Source of the DNA: Escherichia coli | GTDB taxonomy: Bacteria; Pseudomonadota; Gammaproteobacteria; Enterobacterales; Enterobacteriaceae | Direction: 5' to 3' (one strand) | Length of the DNA: 64,000 nt | NCBI RefSeq assembly: GCF_016026235.1 | Contig: NZ_CP065613.1 | Made by a program: the position numbers and the translations under genes | The notes under the pieces: generated by a model | What the model saw: only the letters and a program-made list of their open reading frames with translations | What the model was told of the DNA's origin: nothing | Databases searched by the model: none | Shown: piece after piece, positions 45,688-56,021 of the stretch | Layout: every line of letters begins with the position of its first letter | Numbering within the stretch: the first letter of the stretch is position 1

Positions 45688-47016
45688 TTATGCCAGCGCA
45701 TCCATCCGACGCCACATACTGGCAGCGGCTTTTCTGGCTTGTGCATAAATGGAATCGCAATCGAAGTTAAACTGACGGTCTTCATAGACCATCACACCAT
45801 TGACCATCACGCTGTGAACGCTGCCTGAGCCCATACCGAAAGCGATATGCTCGGCGATATTGTCTGCCAGCAGCGGCGTCGGCGAGTTGTAATCGCAAAT
45901 GGTTAAATCAGCTTTGTAACCGGCTTCCAGAAGCCCAAATTTCGCGCCAAAGTTGCGGCTCATCAGTTCGTTACCGTTAGTCAGGGCTTTGGCAAAACTG
46001 TCAGGCCACAGCGGACCACCCGCATCGCGATGTTTAAAGAAGGCAAATTTCATCTCTTCAAACATGTCCGAACCAATGCCGTCCGTTCCCAACGCCAGAT
46101 TGCGGATGTCGCTAAGATGATGGTTGTAGCCGACATGGTTGTTCATGTTTGAACGGGCGTTATGCACCAGGAACGCATCGCGCTGATTGAGTAGGGTGAT
46201 GTCATCTTTCGACAAGTACAGCCCATGAGCGACCAGTGTTTTGCTGTCGATGAGATCGAATTGCGCCAGTCGTGCCAGCAGGTCTTTGCCGTACCAGTGG
46301 TGACTGTAGGAAACGTCGTAAAGGTCTTCCGCAGCGTGAATATGCAAACCACGGCCTGTGGCTTTCACGGCTTCACGCAGCATCTCCAGACCGGCATCTG
46401 GCACGGTAAACGGCGCGTGAGCACCGATATGTGCTTCCACCAGATACGGCTCGGTTGCTGCTTTCTTCGCCTCATCAATCTGACGGGCAAAGCGGATGTT
46501 TTCTTCTACACCTTCCTGCAACTCTTTGATGCCGTTGTTACGGTCAGTAGTTTCAAAACAGGTCATCGCGCGCAGGCCAACTTTTAAAAATGCGTCGCGC
46601 AATGTGGAGAGCGACCCGCCGATATACGCCGGAGAGGCATGGTGATCGATAACCGATGTACATCCGCTCTTAATCGCTTCCAGGGAACAAATCAGTCCGC
46701 TGTAATAGAGCGACTCTTCATCAAGGGCGCGATCGAGCCGCCACCAGAGATTTTTCAGCGTTGAGATGAAATCCGGGCAGGGGGCGATGTTTGCCATAAT
46801 TCCGCGGGAAAGCCCCGAGTAAAAATGGTTGTGCGAGCAGACAATTCCCGGCATCACAATCCGACTATGCATCTCTTTGTAGCTGGCATCGGGGTAGCGT
46901 TGCGTCAGGGCATCGCCGATAGCGACAATCACGTCATTTTCGATAGCGATATCAACGCCTTCCTGCACTTTCGCCGGGTGTAACTGCACTGCGGTGACAT
47001 TCTTCAGAATCAACAT
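45688..47016 (-). CDS. ssnA: Amidohydrolase-family protein SsnA (chlorohydrolase/aminohydrolase-like)
   Basis: ORF 45688..47082; start at MLILKNVTAV (47016); metal-dependent hydrolase HxH motif. Confidence 0.88.
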   Translation of the reverse strand: MLILKNVTAVQLHPAKVQEGVDIAIENDVIVAIGDALTQRYPDASYKEMHSRIVMPGIVCSHNHFYSGLSRGIMANIAPCPDFISTLKNLWWRLDRALDEESLYYSGLICSLEAIKSGCTSVIDHHASPAYIGGSLSTLRDAFLKVGLRAMTCFETTDRNNGIKELQEGVEENIRFARQIDEAKKAATEPYLVEAHIGAHAPFTVPDAGLEMLREAVKATGRGLHIHAAEDLYDVSYSHHWYGKDLLARLAQFDLIDSKTLVAHGLYLSKDDITLLNQRDAFLVHNARSNMNNHVGYNHHLSDIRNLALGTDGIGSDMFEEMKFAFFKHRDAGGPLWPDSFAKALTNGNELMSRNFGAKFGLLEAGYKADLTICDYNSPTPLLADNIAEHIAFGMGSGSVHSVMVNGVMVYEDRQFNFDCDSIYAQARKAAASMWRRMDALA

Positions 47017-47018
47017 GA

Positions 47019-50000
47019 TTACACCTCCACGCGGCCCAGCAGATAATGATGATGCTGGTGGACATGGCTGATGATGCGGCACATATCGTTCAGCTCCGGT
47101 GGTACGTTGTTGAACTGACCTTCGCTGTCGATGTTTAACACCCAGCTTTGGTTATTCAGTCGTACTCGTACCCGGCAATCTTCCACAAGGAAGCCTGGGT
47201 TGCTGCTGTTATCAAAGTCTTGCGCCAGGCTGAAGACGGTGATTTTGTCTTTGTACGGTTTACCGTTCCACGGACAGAACTGAGCGCAGTTGCCGCATTC
47301 GTTACAGTAAGCGTCGAGGTGCAGCGTCTGGAAACGGTTCTGGAAGCCTGGGACCGCAATGGAGACGTTGGCGCGGTTCGGGCAGACATCCACACACTTG
47401 CTGCAAACGTAGTTACATTCGAGGCAGCGAGCGGCTTCCTGGGCGACAAACGCGTCACGATCGTCACTGTTCACCAGCGTGATAGAGATATCGCCTTTAC
47501 GTTGATAGATTTCCGCCGGATTGACGTTGTTCCAGTATTTATCGTTCTGGTGGGAACGGATATTTTCCCGACTAAGGATGGCATCGGTCGCCCGACGCGC
47601 GGTTCCGACAGCAGCGACAATGGAGGATGGTCCGCGCTGTACGTCGCCGATCATAAAGACGTCAGTCAGACGAGTTTCGCCATTATGGTCGACGTCTGGC
47701 CAGCCGTTTTTGTCCAGCGGCACGCCCATCGCATTCAGGGCTTCAGTATCCTGCTGTTCACCAATGGCGGTGATCAGGCTGTCTACATGCAGTGTTACTG
47801 TTTCATTGGTTTCAACCGGACGACGACGACCTTTCTCATCCGGTTCGCCAAGCGACATAACGCGCAAGGTTAAGGTGCCATCAGCATCGAAACGTTCCGG
47901 ATTATTCAGGAAACGGAACTCTACGCCGTCGTGCAACGCTTCTTCATACTCTTCGCGCCATGCGGGCATCTCTTGTAGTGAACGACGGTAAACGATCGTT
48001 GCTTTTTCTACGCTTGGAACGCGTAACACCGAACGAGCGCAGTCCATTGCGGTGTTACCCGCCCCGACAACGACCACATGTTTGCCCAGCTTGAGCGCTG
48101 TACCCTTGTTGTATTCACGCAGGAAGGGGAGTGATTTCCAGACATTTTGGTTGTCGCCCGCCAGTTTCACACCGCTATTTTTATCGGTGCCTGTGGCAAT
48201 CAGAACATAATGGAAGCCCTGATTTTTTAACTGTTCAACGGTCAAATCGGGTGAGCAGCCATACTCAAATTTCACGCCGTGAGCGGCAACAAAATCGATA
48301 TCGTGCTGAATTAACTCTGCAGGAATACGGAACTGAGGGATGATATTTTTCACCACGCCGCCTGCATTGGCTTCGCGTTCAAACAGCGTAACCGGATGGC
48401 CCGCTCTGGCAAGGAAGTAACCTGCAGCCAGACCCGCCGGACCTGCACCAATCACGGCAACCGGATGGCGTGAACCAGAACCGGCTGGTTTGTGCCAACG
48501 TTGCTTATATTCATCCCAACCTTTTTCCAGCGCGACTTTTTTCAGTTCGCGGATATTCAGTGCACTGTCGTAATCCAGGCGGGTACAGTTGTATTGGCAC
48601 TGGTGATCGCAAATATGACCGGTAATGGCGGGCAGGGCGTTGCGTTGGTAGATAAGTTCCAGCGCGTCGGCATAGCGGTGTTCGCCAAGCAGACGGATGT
48701 ATTCCGGAATATCTTGCTTGATAGCGCAGGCAGTAACACAGGGGGCAACGTAGCAGTCGGTCAGCGGCAGGTCTTCTGCCACTTCAATACGCTCTTCTGG
48801 CTTCCAGTGTTTCTGGGTGTATTCCATGGTTAACGCATCTGCTGCCAGTCTGTTCAGTCGTTCGACGTCAACATGGTCAAGCCCCCAGGCGTCGGAGCCT
48901 TCCAGCTCGCGCATGCAGGCACTTAAGCGCAGATAGCCGCCTGGTTTCAGCAGGTCGGTTGCCATAGTAATAGGGCGAATACCAGTATCAAAAATATCGC
49001 GGATAGTCAGCTGACTGGCACCACCGGAATAAGAAATGGGCAGTTTGCCGTCAAAGGCGCGAGAGAGAACTGCTGCAACATTGATGGAGAGCGGGAACAG
49101 CGCACGGCCTGACATATACATCTCTTCACCAGGCAGTGCGCCTTTATTGTTGATGGTGCCGAGAGTGTTAGTCAGTTTTACGCCAAAGCCGAGTGATTTT
49201 TCTTTTGCCAGTGCCATCAGGCGTTCCAGCATTTCCAGTGCTTGCGTCAGCTTGAGGTCGTGATCAAATGACTCTTCTTTTAAGCCTATGTAACCGAAAC
49301 CGCAGACATCGAGGATCTCACGAACACGCGCGTATCCCAGTAAGGTCGGGTTAAGTTTCACAAAGGTGTTGAGCCCTTTTTCTTCCAGCATGTAGCGGCA
49401 AATGGCTTCGATTTCATGCGGAGGACAGCCGTGCATGGTGGAGAGGGTGACGCCATGCACCATACTGGTGGGGATGCGAGCGGGTAAGGCTTGCAAGCTT
49501 TCGCGTTTTTCCTGCAATCCGTGGCGAGCTAAAAATGCGTCATCCTGGAGTAATTTATTCAGCGTATCGCGATATTGCGCGAATTTCGGATGGTCAGATG
49601 CGTCCATCATATTGTCGATGAACTGTTGCATTGGCGGTTGCTTAATACCTTCGAGGTTGTAACCGACGCTCATATTAAAGATGAACGATTTACCGGAATC
49701 AGAAGGTTGGAACATCGCTTCGAGAAGGTGCAGGGCAAACCAGGCTTTGAGGTATTCATCCCAGGCTTTAAGCAGGGTAAATTCGGTAGACCATTCGGTG
49801 TTAAAGCACTCGTCTTCGGCATCAATACAGGGCTTTTCCAGCTCTAGGCGGTCAAGAATTTGGACGGTTTTTAGTTCGATGAAACGTCCGCCAGTCAGCC
49901 AGGAAGTGACAATATTTTGCGCGAGCTGCGTGTGCGGGCCAGCGGCAGGGCCGACGGGAGTGGCACAGGTTTCACCGAAGACGCTAACAGTTTTACCTTT

Positions 50001-50117
50001 TACAGGTGAGTAAAACTGTTGCTCGGGAATACCAAAGATTGAGCGTTGTTGTTGGTATTCATCAAATATGCGCGTCAAAAGTTCCTCAAACGGAATGGGA
50101 CGCATAATATCCCCCAT
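47019..50117 (-). CDS. ygfK: Large Fe-S flavoprotein oxidoreductase YgfK (annotated putative selenate reductase subunit)
   Basis: ORF track 1032 aa; pyridine-nucleotide-disulfide GAGPAG motifs and ferredoxin-like cysteine clusters. Confidence 0.9.
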   Translation of the reverse strand: MGDIMRPIPFEELLTRIFDEYQQQRSIFGIPEQQFYSPVKGKTVSVFGETCATPVGPAAGPHTQLAQNIVTSWLTGGRFIELKTVQILDRLELEKPCIDAEDECFNTEWSTEFTLLKAWDEYLKAWFALHLLEAMFQPSDSGKSFIFNMSVGYNLEGIKQPPMQQFIDNMMDASDHPKFAQYRDTLNKLLQDDAFLARHGLQEKRESLQALPARIPTSMVHGVTLSTMHGCPPHEIEAICRYMLEEKGLNTFVKLNPTLLGYARVREILDVCGFGYIGLKEESFDHDLKLTQALEMLERLMALAKEKSLGFGVKLTNTLGTINNKGALPGEEMYMSGRALFPLSINVAAVLSRAFDGKLPISYSGGASQLTIRDIFDTGIRPITMATDLLKPGGYLRLSACMRELEGSDAWGLDHVDVERLNRLAADALTMEYTQKHWKPEERIEVAEDLPLTDCYVAPCVTACAIKQDIPEYIRLLGEHRYADALELIYQRNALPAITGHICDHQCQYNCTRLDYDSALNIRELKKVALEKGWDEYKQRWHKPAGSGSRHPVAVIGAGPAGLAAGYFLARAGHPVTLFEREANAGGVVKNIIPQFRIPAELIQHDIDFVAAHGVKFEYGCSPDLTVEQLKNQGFHYVLIATGTDKNSGVKLAGDNQNVWKSLPFLREYNKGTALKLGKHVVVVGAGNTAMDCARSVLRVPSVEKATIVYRRSLQEMPAWREEYEEALHDGVEFRFLNNPERFDADGTLTLRVMSLGEPDEKGRRRPVETNETVTLHVDSLITAIGEQQDTEALNAMGVPLDKNGWPDVDHNGETRLTDVFMIGDVQRGPSSIVAAVGTARRATDAILSRENIRSHQNDKYWNNVNPAEIYQRKGDISITLVNSDDRDAFVAQEAARCLECNYVCSKCVDVCPNRANVSIAVPGFQNRFQTLHLDAYCNECGNCAQFCPWNGKPYKDKITVFSLAQDFDNSSNPGFLVEDCRVRVRLNNQSWVLNIDSEGQFNNVPPELNDMCRIISHVHQHHHYLLGRVEV

Positions 50118-50438
50118 AACCCTCTCCTTAGCTTATACAGATATCATTGAGTGACCGGTGTTGAGAAATCCGGTGGTTTAGGGGGATAGAGCAACAATCG
50201 CACCACTCTTGCCAGGTTTGGCGGGAAATATAAAAAAATGTGAGGCGGCTCGAAACTTAAGGGCTTTTTGTGAATGAACTCACAGGTGCTAAATGAGAAT
50301 TAAAATCACTCCTGAAAATTATTATTGCCAGCCCATTTATCAATTTTTCTCTTTTCTCAAAATCAGTGATTCCTTATCATTATGATAATGAGTGCCGGAA
50401 GGATTAAATATTTGAACGCAATCGTTTAACTACGTTTT

Positions 50439-51017
50439 CTAAATTTCAGTATACCTTTCCTTCGCTGTAATAAAGTCGTCCGGAGTATCAATATCTAAAA
50501 TTATTTCTGCATTTTCTATTTCGACGGAATAATGATCTCCCATAAGGAGTGCCTGACGCATATTGGTGACATTGGGTCGTTGGATTGCCTGTATCAAGCA
50601 TGGTTTTGACACTAAAATCGGATGGCCGGGGATGCCATTATGGAGTGGCAGTATTGCGCCATCATTTCGTAACGACCAGATTTTTCTAAAAATATCGATG
50701 GTGAGGGTTGGCATGTCACCGTGGGTGAGAAAACAATGTTCTGTTTGCACTGCGGGTACTGCGGCCTTGACGGATGTTAGTAAACCCTGCGCATAATCTG
50801 GGTTGTGAATAATAGTGATATTGCTCTGGTTCGCATAACGTTCGTGCAGTTCATTACCACGATAGCCGGTGACTAAAATAATTCGGCTACAAAACTGCAA
50901 CGCATTTTTGATACTTGTATCAAGAATTGTTCCCTGTTCCCAGGGTAACATCATTTTCCATTGCCCCATTCTTGATGATAATCCGGCAGCGGTAATTATA
51001 CAGTCGATGGCTGACAT
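50439..51017 (-). CDS. mocA: Molybdenum cofactor cytidylyltransferase MocA (YgfJ)
   Basis: ORF track 192 aa; MobA-like nucleotidyltransferase N-terminus. Confidence 0.88.
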   Translation of the reverse strand: MSAIDCIITAAGLSSRMGQWKMMLPWEQGTILDTSIKNALQFCSRIILVTGYRGNELHERYANQSNITIIHNPDYAQGLLTSVKAAVPAVQTEHCFLTHGDMPTLTIDIFRKIWSLRNDGAILPLHNGIPGHPILVSKPCLIQAIQRPNVTNMRQALLMGDHYSVEIENAEIILDIDTPDDFITAKERYTEI

Positions 51018-51119
51018 AGTGGTTCCATTATTTATAGGGGCTAATAACGCCTGATAATTGCGTTACTTCCTGATGGATTAAGTTGGGGATAATTTATCCC
51101 AGAGAGGTCATAAAGACTC

Positions 51120-51890
51120 GTGAAAAGTATAGTTGACCCATCGGCATTAGTCATTGATTTAGGTGCGCAGAAACGTCCCACTGTGATTTCTGTTGTTGGT
51201 GCTGGGGGGAAAACCAGCTTGCTTTTTTGGCTGGCAGAACTGCTCCAGGCTAGCGGCAGGCGTGTGTTAATCACGACGACGACACATATGTTTATGCCAA
51301 CGTCTCACTGGCCCGTGGTTTTCTGTCGTGATCCCGCCATGCTTCCTCATGCGTCTCTTACATCCCCCATTTCATTTTGTTTTCACAGCTGGAAAGCGAA
51401 CCAGGGAAAAGTGCAGGGATTTACGCCAGAAGCGATTGATGCACTGGTGCAACGACCAGAGTGTGACGTAATTCTCATTGAAGCAGATGGCTCGCGTGGA
51501 ATGCCGTTAAAAGCGCCTGATGAGCACGAACCTTGCATACCCAAAAGCAGTTGCTGCGTGATTGCTGTGATGGGAGGACATACTTTGGGCGCGAAAGTGA
51601 GCACAGAAAATGTCCATCGCTGGTCGCAGTTTGCTGATATTACCGGGTTAACACCTGATGCAACCTTGCAACTGAGCGATCTCGTTGCGCTGGTTCGCCA
51701 CCCTCAGGGGGCGTTTAAAAACGTACCGCAAGGTTGTCGGCGAGTCTGGTTCATTAACCGTTTTTCTCAATGTGAGAATGCGATTGCACAAAGCGAGCTC
51801 CTTCAACCGCTGCAACAACACGACGTAGAGGCAATCTGGCTGGGCGATATACAAGAACATCCTGCAATCGCGCGCAGATTTGTGAATTAG
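51120..51890 (+). CDS. yqeC: YqeC, selenium-dependent molybdenum hydroxylase system protein (P-loop)
   Basis: ORF track 256 aa; Walker A GAGGKTS. Confidence 0.85.
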   Translation: MKSIVDPSALVIDLGAQKRPTVISVVGAGGKTSLLFWLAELLQASGRRVLITTTTHMFMPTSHWPVVFCRDPAMLPHASLTSPISFCFHSWKANQGKVQGFTPEAIDALVQRPECDVILIEADGSRGMPLKAPDEHEPCIPKSSCCVIAVMGGHTLGAKVSTENVHRWSQFADITGLTPDATLQLSDLVALVRHPQGAFKNVPQGCRRVWFINRFSQCENAIAQSELLQPLQQHDVEAIWLGDIQEHPAIARRFVN

Positions 51891-51937
51891 CGGCCCGGGT
51901 ATTCCGGGTTACTGAAAGGATATCCATTGAGGTTGGT

Positions 51938-53563
51938 ATGAATATTTTCACAGAGGCTGCAAAACTCGAAGAGCAAAATTGTCCGTTTGCGATGGCGCAA
52001 ATTGTTGATAGCCGAGGCTCGACTCCCCGCCATTCTGCACAAATGTTAGTGCGCGCCGATGGTTCTATCGTCGGTACAATTGGTGGCGGAATGGTTGAGC
52101 GGAAGGTGATTGAAGAGTCACTTCAGGCATTGCAGGAACGTAAGCCGCGATTATTCCATGGACGTATGGCTCGTAACGGTGCGGATGCTGTCGGGTCAGA
52201 TTGTGGAGGTGCAATGTCAGTATTTATCAGCGTCCATGGTATGCGTCCACGTCTGGTGTTGATTGGCGCGGGGCATGTCAACCGGGCGATAGCCCAGAGT
52301 GCCGCGCTATTAGGATTTGATATTGCCGTTGCCGATATTTATCGCGAAAGCCTCAATCCTGAACTATTCCCACCATCAACCACGCTTCTCCATGCTGAGT
52401 CGTTTGGTGCGGCAGTGGAAGCACTGGATATTCGCCCTGATAATTTTGTCCTGATTGCCACGAATAATCAGGATCGTGAAGCCCTCGACAAACTCATTGA
52501 ACAGCCCATTGCATGGTTGGGGTTGCTGGCAAGTCGCCGCAAGGTTCAGCTTTTCCTGCGTCAATTGCGTGAGAAAGGCGTGGCTGAAGAACATATTGCC
52601 CGTTTACATGCGCCCGTTGGTTACAACATAGGTGCGGAAACGCCGCAGGAGATCGCCATCAGCGTGCTGGCAGAAATATTACAGGTGAAAAATAACGCGC
52701 CGGGTGGGCTGATGATGAAACCTTCTCATCCTTCCGGACACCAGCTGGTGATGATTCGCGGTGCGGGAGATATCGCCAGTGGTGTGGCGCTACGTCTGTA
52801 TCATGCGGGTTTTAAAGTGATCATGCTGGAAGTGGAAAAACCGACAGTGATTCGTTGTACCGTGGCGTTTGCCCAGGCCGTGTTCGATGGCGAAATGACG
52901 GTCGAAGGCGTCACTGCTCGCCTGGCAACCAGCTCTGCGGAAGCGATGAAACTTACCGAACGCGGATTCATCCCTGTGATGGTAGATCCCGCCTGTTCAT
53001 TGCTTGATGAACTGAAACCGCTTTGCGTGGTGGACGCTATTCTGGCGAAACAGAATTTGGGAACGCGGGCAGATATGGCACCAGTAACAATCGCGCTTGG
53101 GCCGGGCTTTACTGCTGGGAAGGATTGTCATGCGGTAATTGAAACAAATCGCGGGCACTGGCTCGGTCAGGTGATTTACTCTGGTTGTGCGCAGGAGAAT
53201 ACCGGTGTTCCTGGCAATATTATGGGGCATACCACCCGACGGGTGATCCGTGCTCCTGCTGCAGGCATTATGCGATCCAACGTGAAATTAGGCGATCTGG
53301 TGAAAGAGGGCGATGTGATTGCCTGGATTGGTGAGCATGAAATTAAAGCACCGTTGACGGGGATGGTGCGTGGCTTGTTGAACGACGGCCTGGCAGTGGT
53401 TGGTGGTTTTAAAATTGGTGATATCGATCCTCGTGGTGAAACCGCTGATTTCACCAGCGTTTCTGATAAAGCCCGGGCGATTGGCGGCGGCGTACTTGAG
53501 GCGTTAATGATGTTGATGCATCAGGGCGTTAAAGCGACAAAAGAAGTGCTGGAAGTGGCTTAA
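51938..53563 (+). CDS. yqeB: YqeB, XdhC/CoxI-family accessory protein of selenium-dependent molybdenum hydroxylases
   Basis: ORF track 541 aa; XdhC N-terminal and Rossmann domains. Confidence 0.85.
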   Translation: MNIFTEAAKLEEQNCPFAMAQIVDSRGSTPRHSAQMLVRADGSIVGTIGGGMVERKVIEESLQALQERKPRLFHGRMARNGADAVGSDCGGAMSVFISVHGMRPRLVLIGAGHVNRAIAQSAALLGFDIAVADIYRESLNPELFPPSTTLLHAESFGAAVEALDIRPDNFVLIATNNQDREALDKLIEQPIAWLGLLASRRKVQLFLRQLREKGVAEEHIARLHAPVGYNIGAETPQEIAISVLAEILQVKNNAPGGLMMKPSHPSGHQLVMIRGAGDIASGVALRLYHAGFKVIMLEVEKPTVIRCTVAFAQAVFDGEMTVEGVTARLATSSAEAMKLTERGFIPVMVDPACSLLDELKPLCVVDAILAKQNLGTRADMAPVTIALGPGFTAGKDCHAVIETNRGHWLGQVIYSGCAQENTGVPGNIMGHTTRRVIRAPAAGIMRSNVKLGDLVKEGDVIAWIGEHEIKAPLTGMVRGLLNDGLAVVGGFKIGDIDPRGETADFTSVSDKARAIGGGVLEALMMLMHQGVKATKEVLEVA

Positions 53564-53603
53564 ATGAAAATGGCCGGATGGTATTACCCACCCGGCCTTA
53601 AAA

Positions 53604-54536
53604 TTACTGACAAATCACCGTTCCGGTTTTGCCTTCAATCCCTTCTTTCGCTTTGCTCAATACGGTAATCAGTGCTTCACGACCTGCGCGAGAGCGAGCA
53701 AACGAGGCGGCAGCTTCCACTTTAGGCAGCATAGAACCTTTCGCAAAATGACCTTCTTCGATAAAGCGTTCAGCATCACTTAATGACAGGCGATCGAGCC
53801 ACTGTTCATTCTCTTTACCGAAGTTAATGGCCACTTTTTCTACCGCAGTCAGAATGATCAGCATATCGGCATCAATCATTTCTGCTAAACGGGCGCTGGC
53901 CCAGTCTTTATCGATAACCGCGCTGGCACCACGCAGATGGTTACCTTCACGAATAACAGGGATACCACCACCGCCAACGGTGATCACCACCTGGCCTGCA
54001 TCTACCAGAGCTTTAACCGTTTCTTTTTCAATGATATCAACCGGTTTTGGCGAGGCAACAACACGGCGATAGCCGCGACCAGCATCTTCTTTCAGAGTGT
54101 AACCCTGTTTTGTCAGTTGCTCTGCTTCTTGCTCGGTAAAGAACGAACCGATCGGCTTGGTCGGGTTGAGGAATGCCGGATCGTTAGCGTCGACTTCGAC
54201 CTGAGTAACCAGCGTTGCTACAGGTTTATTAATGCCCCGAGAAAGCAGTTCTTCTCTTAAAGCGTTTTGTAGATCGTAACCAATATAACCCTGGCTTAAT
54301 GCAACACAGACAGACATCGGCAGCATTGGCGAGTGCGCTTCAGTTTTTGCGGCAGCTTCAAAGGCCTGGTTAATCATGCCCACCTGCGGCCCGTTACCAT
54401 GAGTGACGATAACTTCATGTCCCTGGGCAATTAAATCAACAATTGCCTGAGAAGTAATTTTTACCGCTTTCATTTGCCCGGCCAGGTCATCGCCCAGCGC
54501 ATTCCCGCCCAGGGCGAGAACAATTTTCTTACTCAT
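53604..54536 (-). CDS. yqeA: Carbamate kinase-like protein YqeA
   Basis: ORF track 310 aa MSKKIVLALGGNALG..., amino-acid kinase family. Confidence 0.9.
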   Translation of the reverse strand: MSKKIVLALGGNALGDDLAGQMKAVKITSQAIVDLIAQGHEVIVTHGNGPQVGMINQAFEAAAKTEAHSPMLPMSVCVALSQGYIGYDLQNALREELLSRGINKPVATLVTQVEVDANDPAFLNPTKPIGSFFTEQEAEQLTKQGYTLKEDAGRGYRRVVASPKPVDIIEKETVKALVDAGQVVITVGGGGIPVIREGNHLRGASAVIDKDWASARLAEMIDADMLIILTAVEKVAINFGKENEQWLDRLSLSDAERFIEEGHFAKGSMLPKVEAAASFARSRAGREALITVLSKAKEGIEGKTGTVICQ

Positions 54537-54583
54537 TTTTCCTCACTCATCATTCTTGATTGTGTATAGATCCCTAGCAGTGG

Positions 54584-55969
54584 TTAGAGCACGGGAGGGA
54601 CAAACGGTTTGCGTCGCAGGAAACGACCTCGCCCGGCTTTGCCTGTAAAGGTGCCGTCACAGAAAATCGTTTCACCACGGGATAAGGTTCTGACAATCGC
54701 GCCCTGACAGGTAAAACCCTCCCATGGCGAGTAGTCGGCGTTGTCGTGGAGATGGCGATGCTGAATTTGTTGGCTCTGACGTGGGTCGATAATCACCACG
54801 TCGCCATCGGAACCGGGCGCTAATAATCCTTTTTGCGGCCACAGGCCAAACAGCCTGGCGGGCATTGCGCTGGTTAATTCAACAAAGCGTTCCGGTGTTA
54901 TACGTCCCGTCATCACGCCACTGGAAAACAGTAACTGCATGCGGTTTTCCACACCGGGTAAGCCATTTGGGCAGCGACTGAAATCGCCTTTAGAAATTTG
55001 CAGGCGTTGAGCCATTGAGAACGTGCAGTGATCGGTCGCCACCACGTCAATCGCACCATCGCTGATGCCACACCACAGTTTGTCCTGCTCGCGTACGTTA
55101 CGCAGCGGTGGGCTAAGAATGAACTTCATGCCATCTTCTGTATCGTAACTGCGTTCGTCCAACAGGAGATATTGTGGGCAGGTTTCAACCCAGACTGGCT
55201 GGTGATTCGCACGGGCAAGACGCAGATAATCCAGACCTAAGCCGTTAGACAGGTGCACGATATAGAGCGGGGCGTTACCGGCAATTTGTGCCAGGTTAAT
55301 CATGCGGGCGATGGCTTCCGCTTCGCATTCCAGAGGGCGACTCAAGGCGTGATAGCGCGGCGCGGTTAACCCTGCGGCGATAAACTCCGCCCGCTTGCTG
55401 GCGATAGCCGCATCATTTTCCGGGTGCACGGTGGTCAGCGCGCCGGATTCATGCAGACGGCGTAATGCCTGCAAAACCTCGTCATCGTTGAGTTTGTATT
55501 GATAGGTTAAATAGAGTTTAAAACTGCTCAGCCCTTCCTCGACCATCATAGGGATTTCGTCGAGGATGGCGTGATTAATGTGCTGGATCACACCATGAAA
55601 GCTGTAGTCGATGACCGCCTTATGGGCGGCATAGCCACGATAAACCTCCAGTTGATGGCGTAACCGACAGCCGTTTGGGCCAAATCCCATATGGTCAATA
55701 ATGGTTGTTGTACCGCCACACGCAGCTGCGCGGGTACCGGTAAAAAAATCATCACAACTGCGCGCGATGCCGACATCAATATTGAAATGCGTATGGACAT
55801 CCACGCCGCCAGGGAAAACGTAACAGCCAGTGGCATCAATTTCTTCATACGGGAGCTGCGGCGAAATATTGTTGCCCAACTGGCGAACAATCCCGCTTTC
55901 AATCAGCAAATCCGGTTTGGCTTGTCCATCTGCGTTAACGACAGTGCCGTTTTTGATCAATACGCGCAT
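54584..55969 (-). CDS. hyuA: D-phenylhydantoinase / dihydropyrimidinase-family amidohydrolase (HyuA, YgeZ)
   Basis: ORF 54584..55981; ATG start at MRVLIKNGTVV (55969); metal-binding DVHTH. Confidence 0.9.
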   Translation of the reverse strand: MRVLIKNGTVVNADGQAKPDLLIESGIVRQLGNNISPQLPYEEIDATGCYVFPGGVDVHTHFNIDVGIARSCDDFFTGTRAAACGGTTTIIDHMGFGPNGCRLRHQLEVYRGYAAHKAVIDYSFHGVIQHINHAILDEIPMMVEEGLSSFKLYLTYQYKLNDDEVLQALRRLHESGALTTVHPENDAAIASKRAEFIAAGLTAPRYHALSRPLECEAEAIARMINLAQIAGNAPLYIVHLSNGLGLDYLRLARANHQPVWVETCPQYLLLDERSYDTEDGMKFILSPPLRNVREQDKLWCGISDGAIDVVATDHCTFSMAQRLQISKGDFSRCPNGLPGVENRMQLLFSSGVMTGRITPERFVELTSAMPARLFGLWPQKGLLAPGSDGDVVIIDPRQSQQIQHRHLHDNADYSPWEGFTCQGAIVRTLSRGETIFCDGTFTGKAGRGRFLRRKPFVPPVL

Positions 55970-56021
55970 AGCAAACTCCAAAAACCCTCCGGCGAACCGG
56001 AGGGGAATAAGTGAAGAGTAA

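Noticed and set aside
47148..47873. 241-aa plus-strand ORF inside ygfK, and similar long antisense ORFs (8281..8853 in mutS, 13447..14154 in ygbK, 56634..57284 in ygeY, 43770..44102 in xdhD)
   Set aside because: All lie antisense to well-supported conserved genes in GC-rich coding sequence and show no recognisable domains or RBS; treated as shadow ORFs.
50118..50438. 320-bp AT-rich gap between ygfJ and ygfK as a possible small RNA or small-protein locus
   Set aside because: No convincing hairpin-plus-U-tract terminator or ORF with an RBS was seen; more likely the ygfK promoter region (a weak sigma54-like match is noted in the findings).
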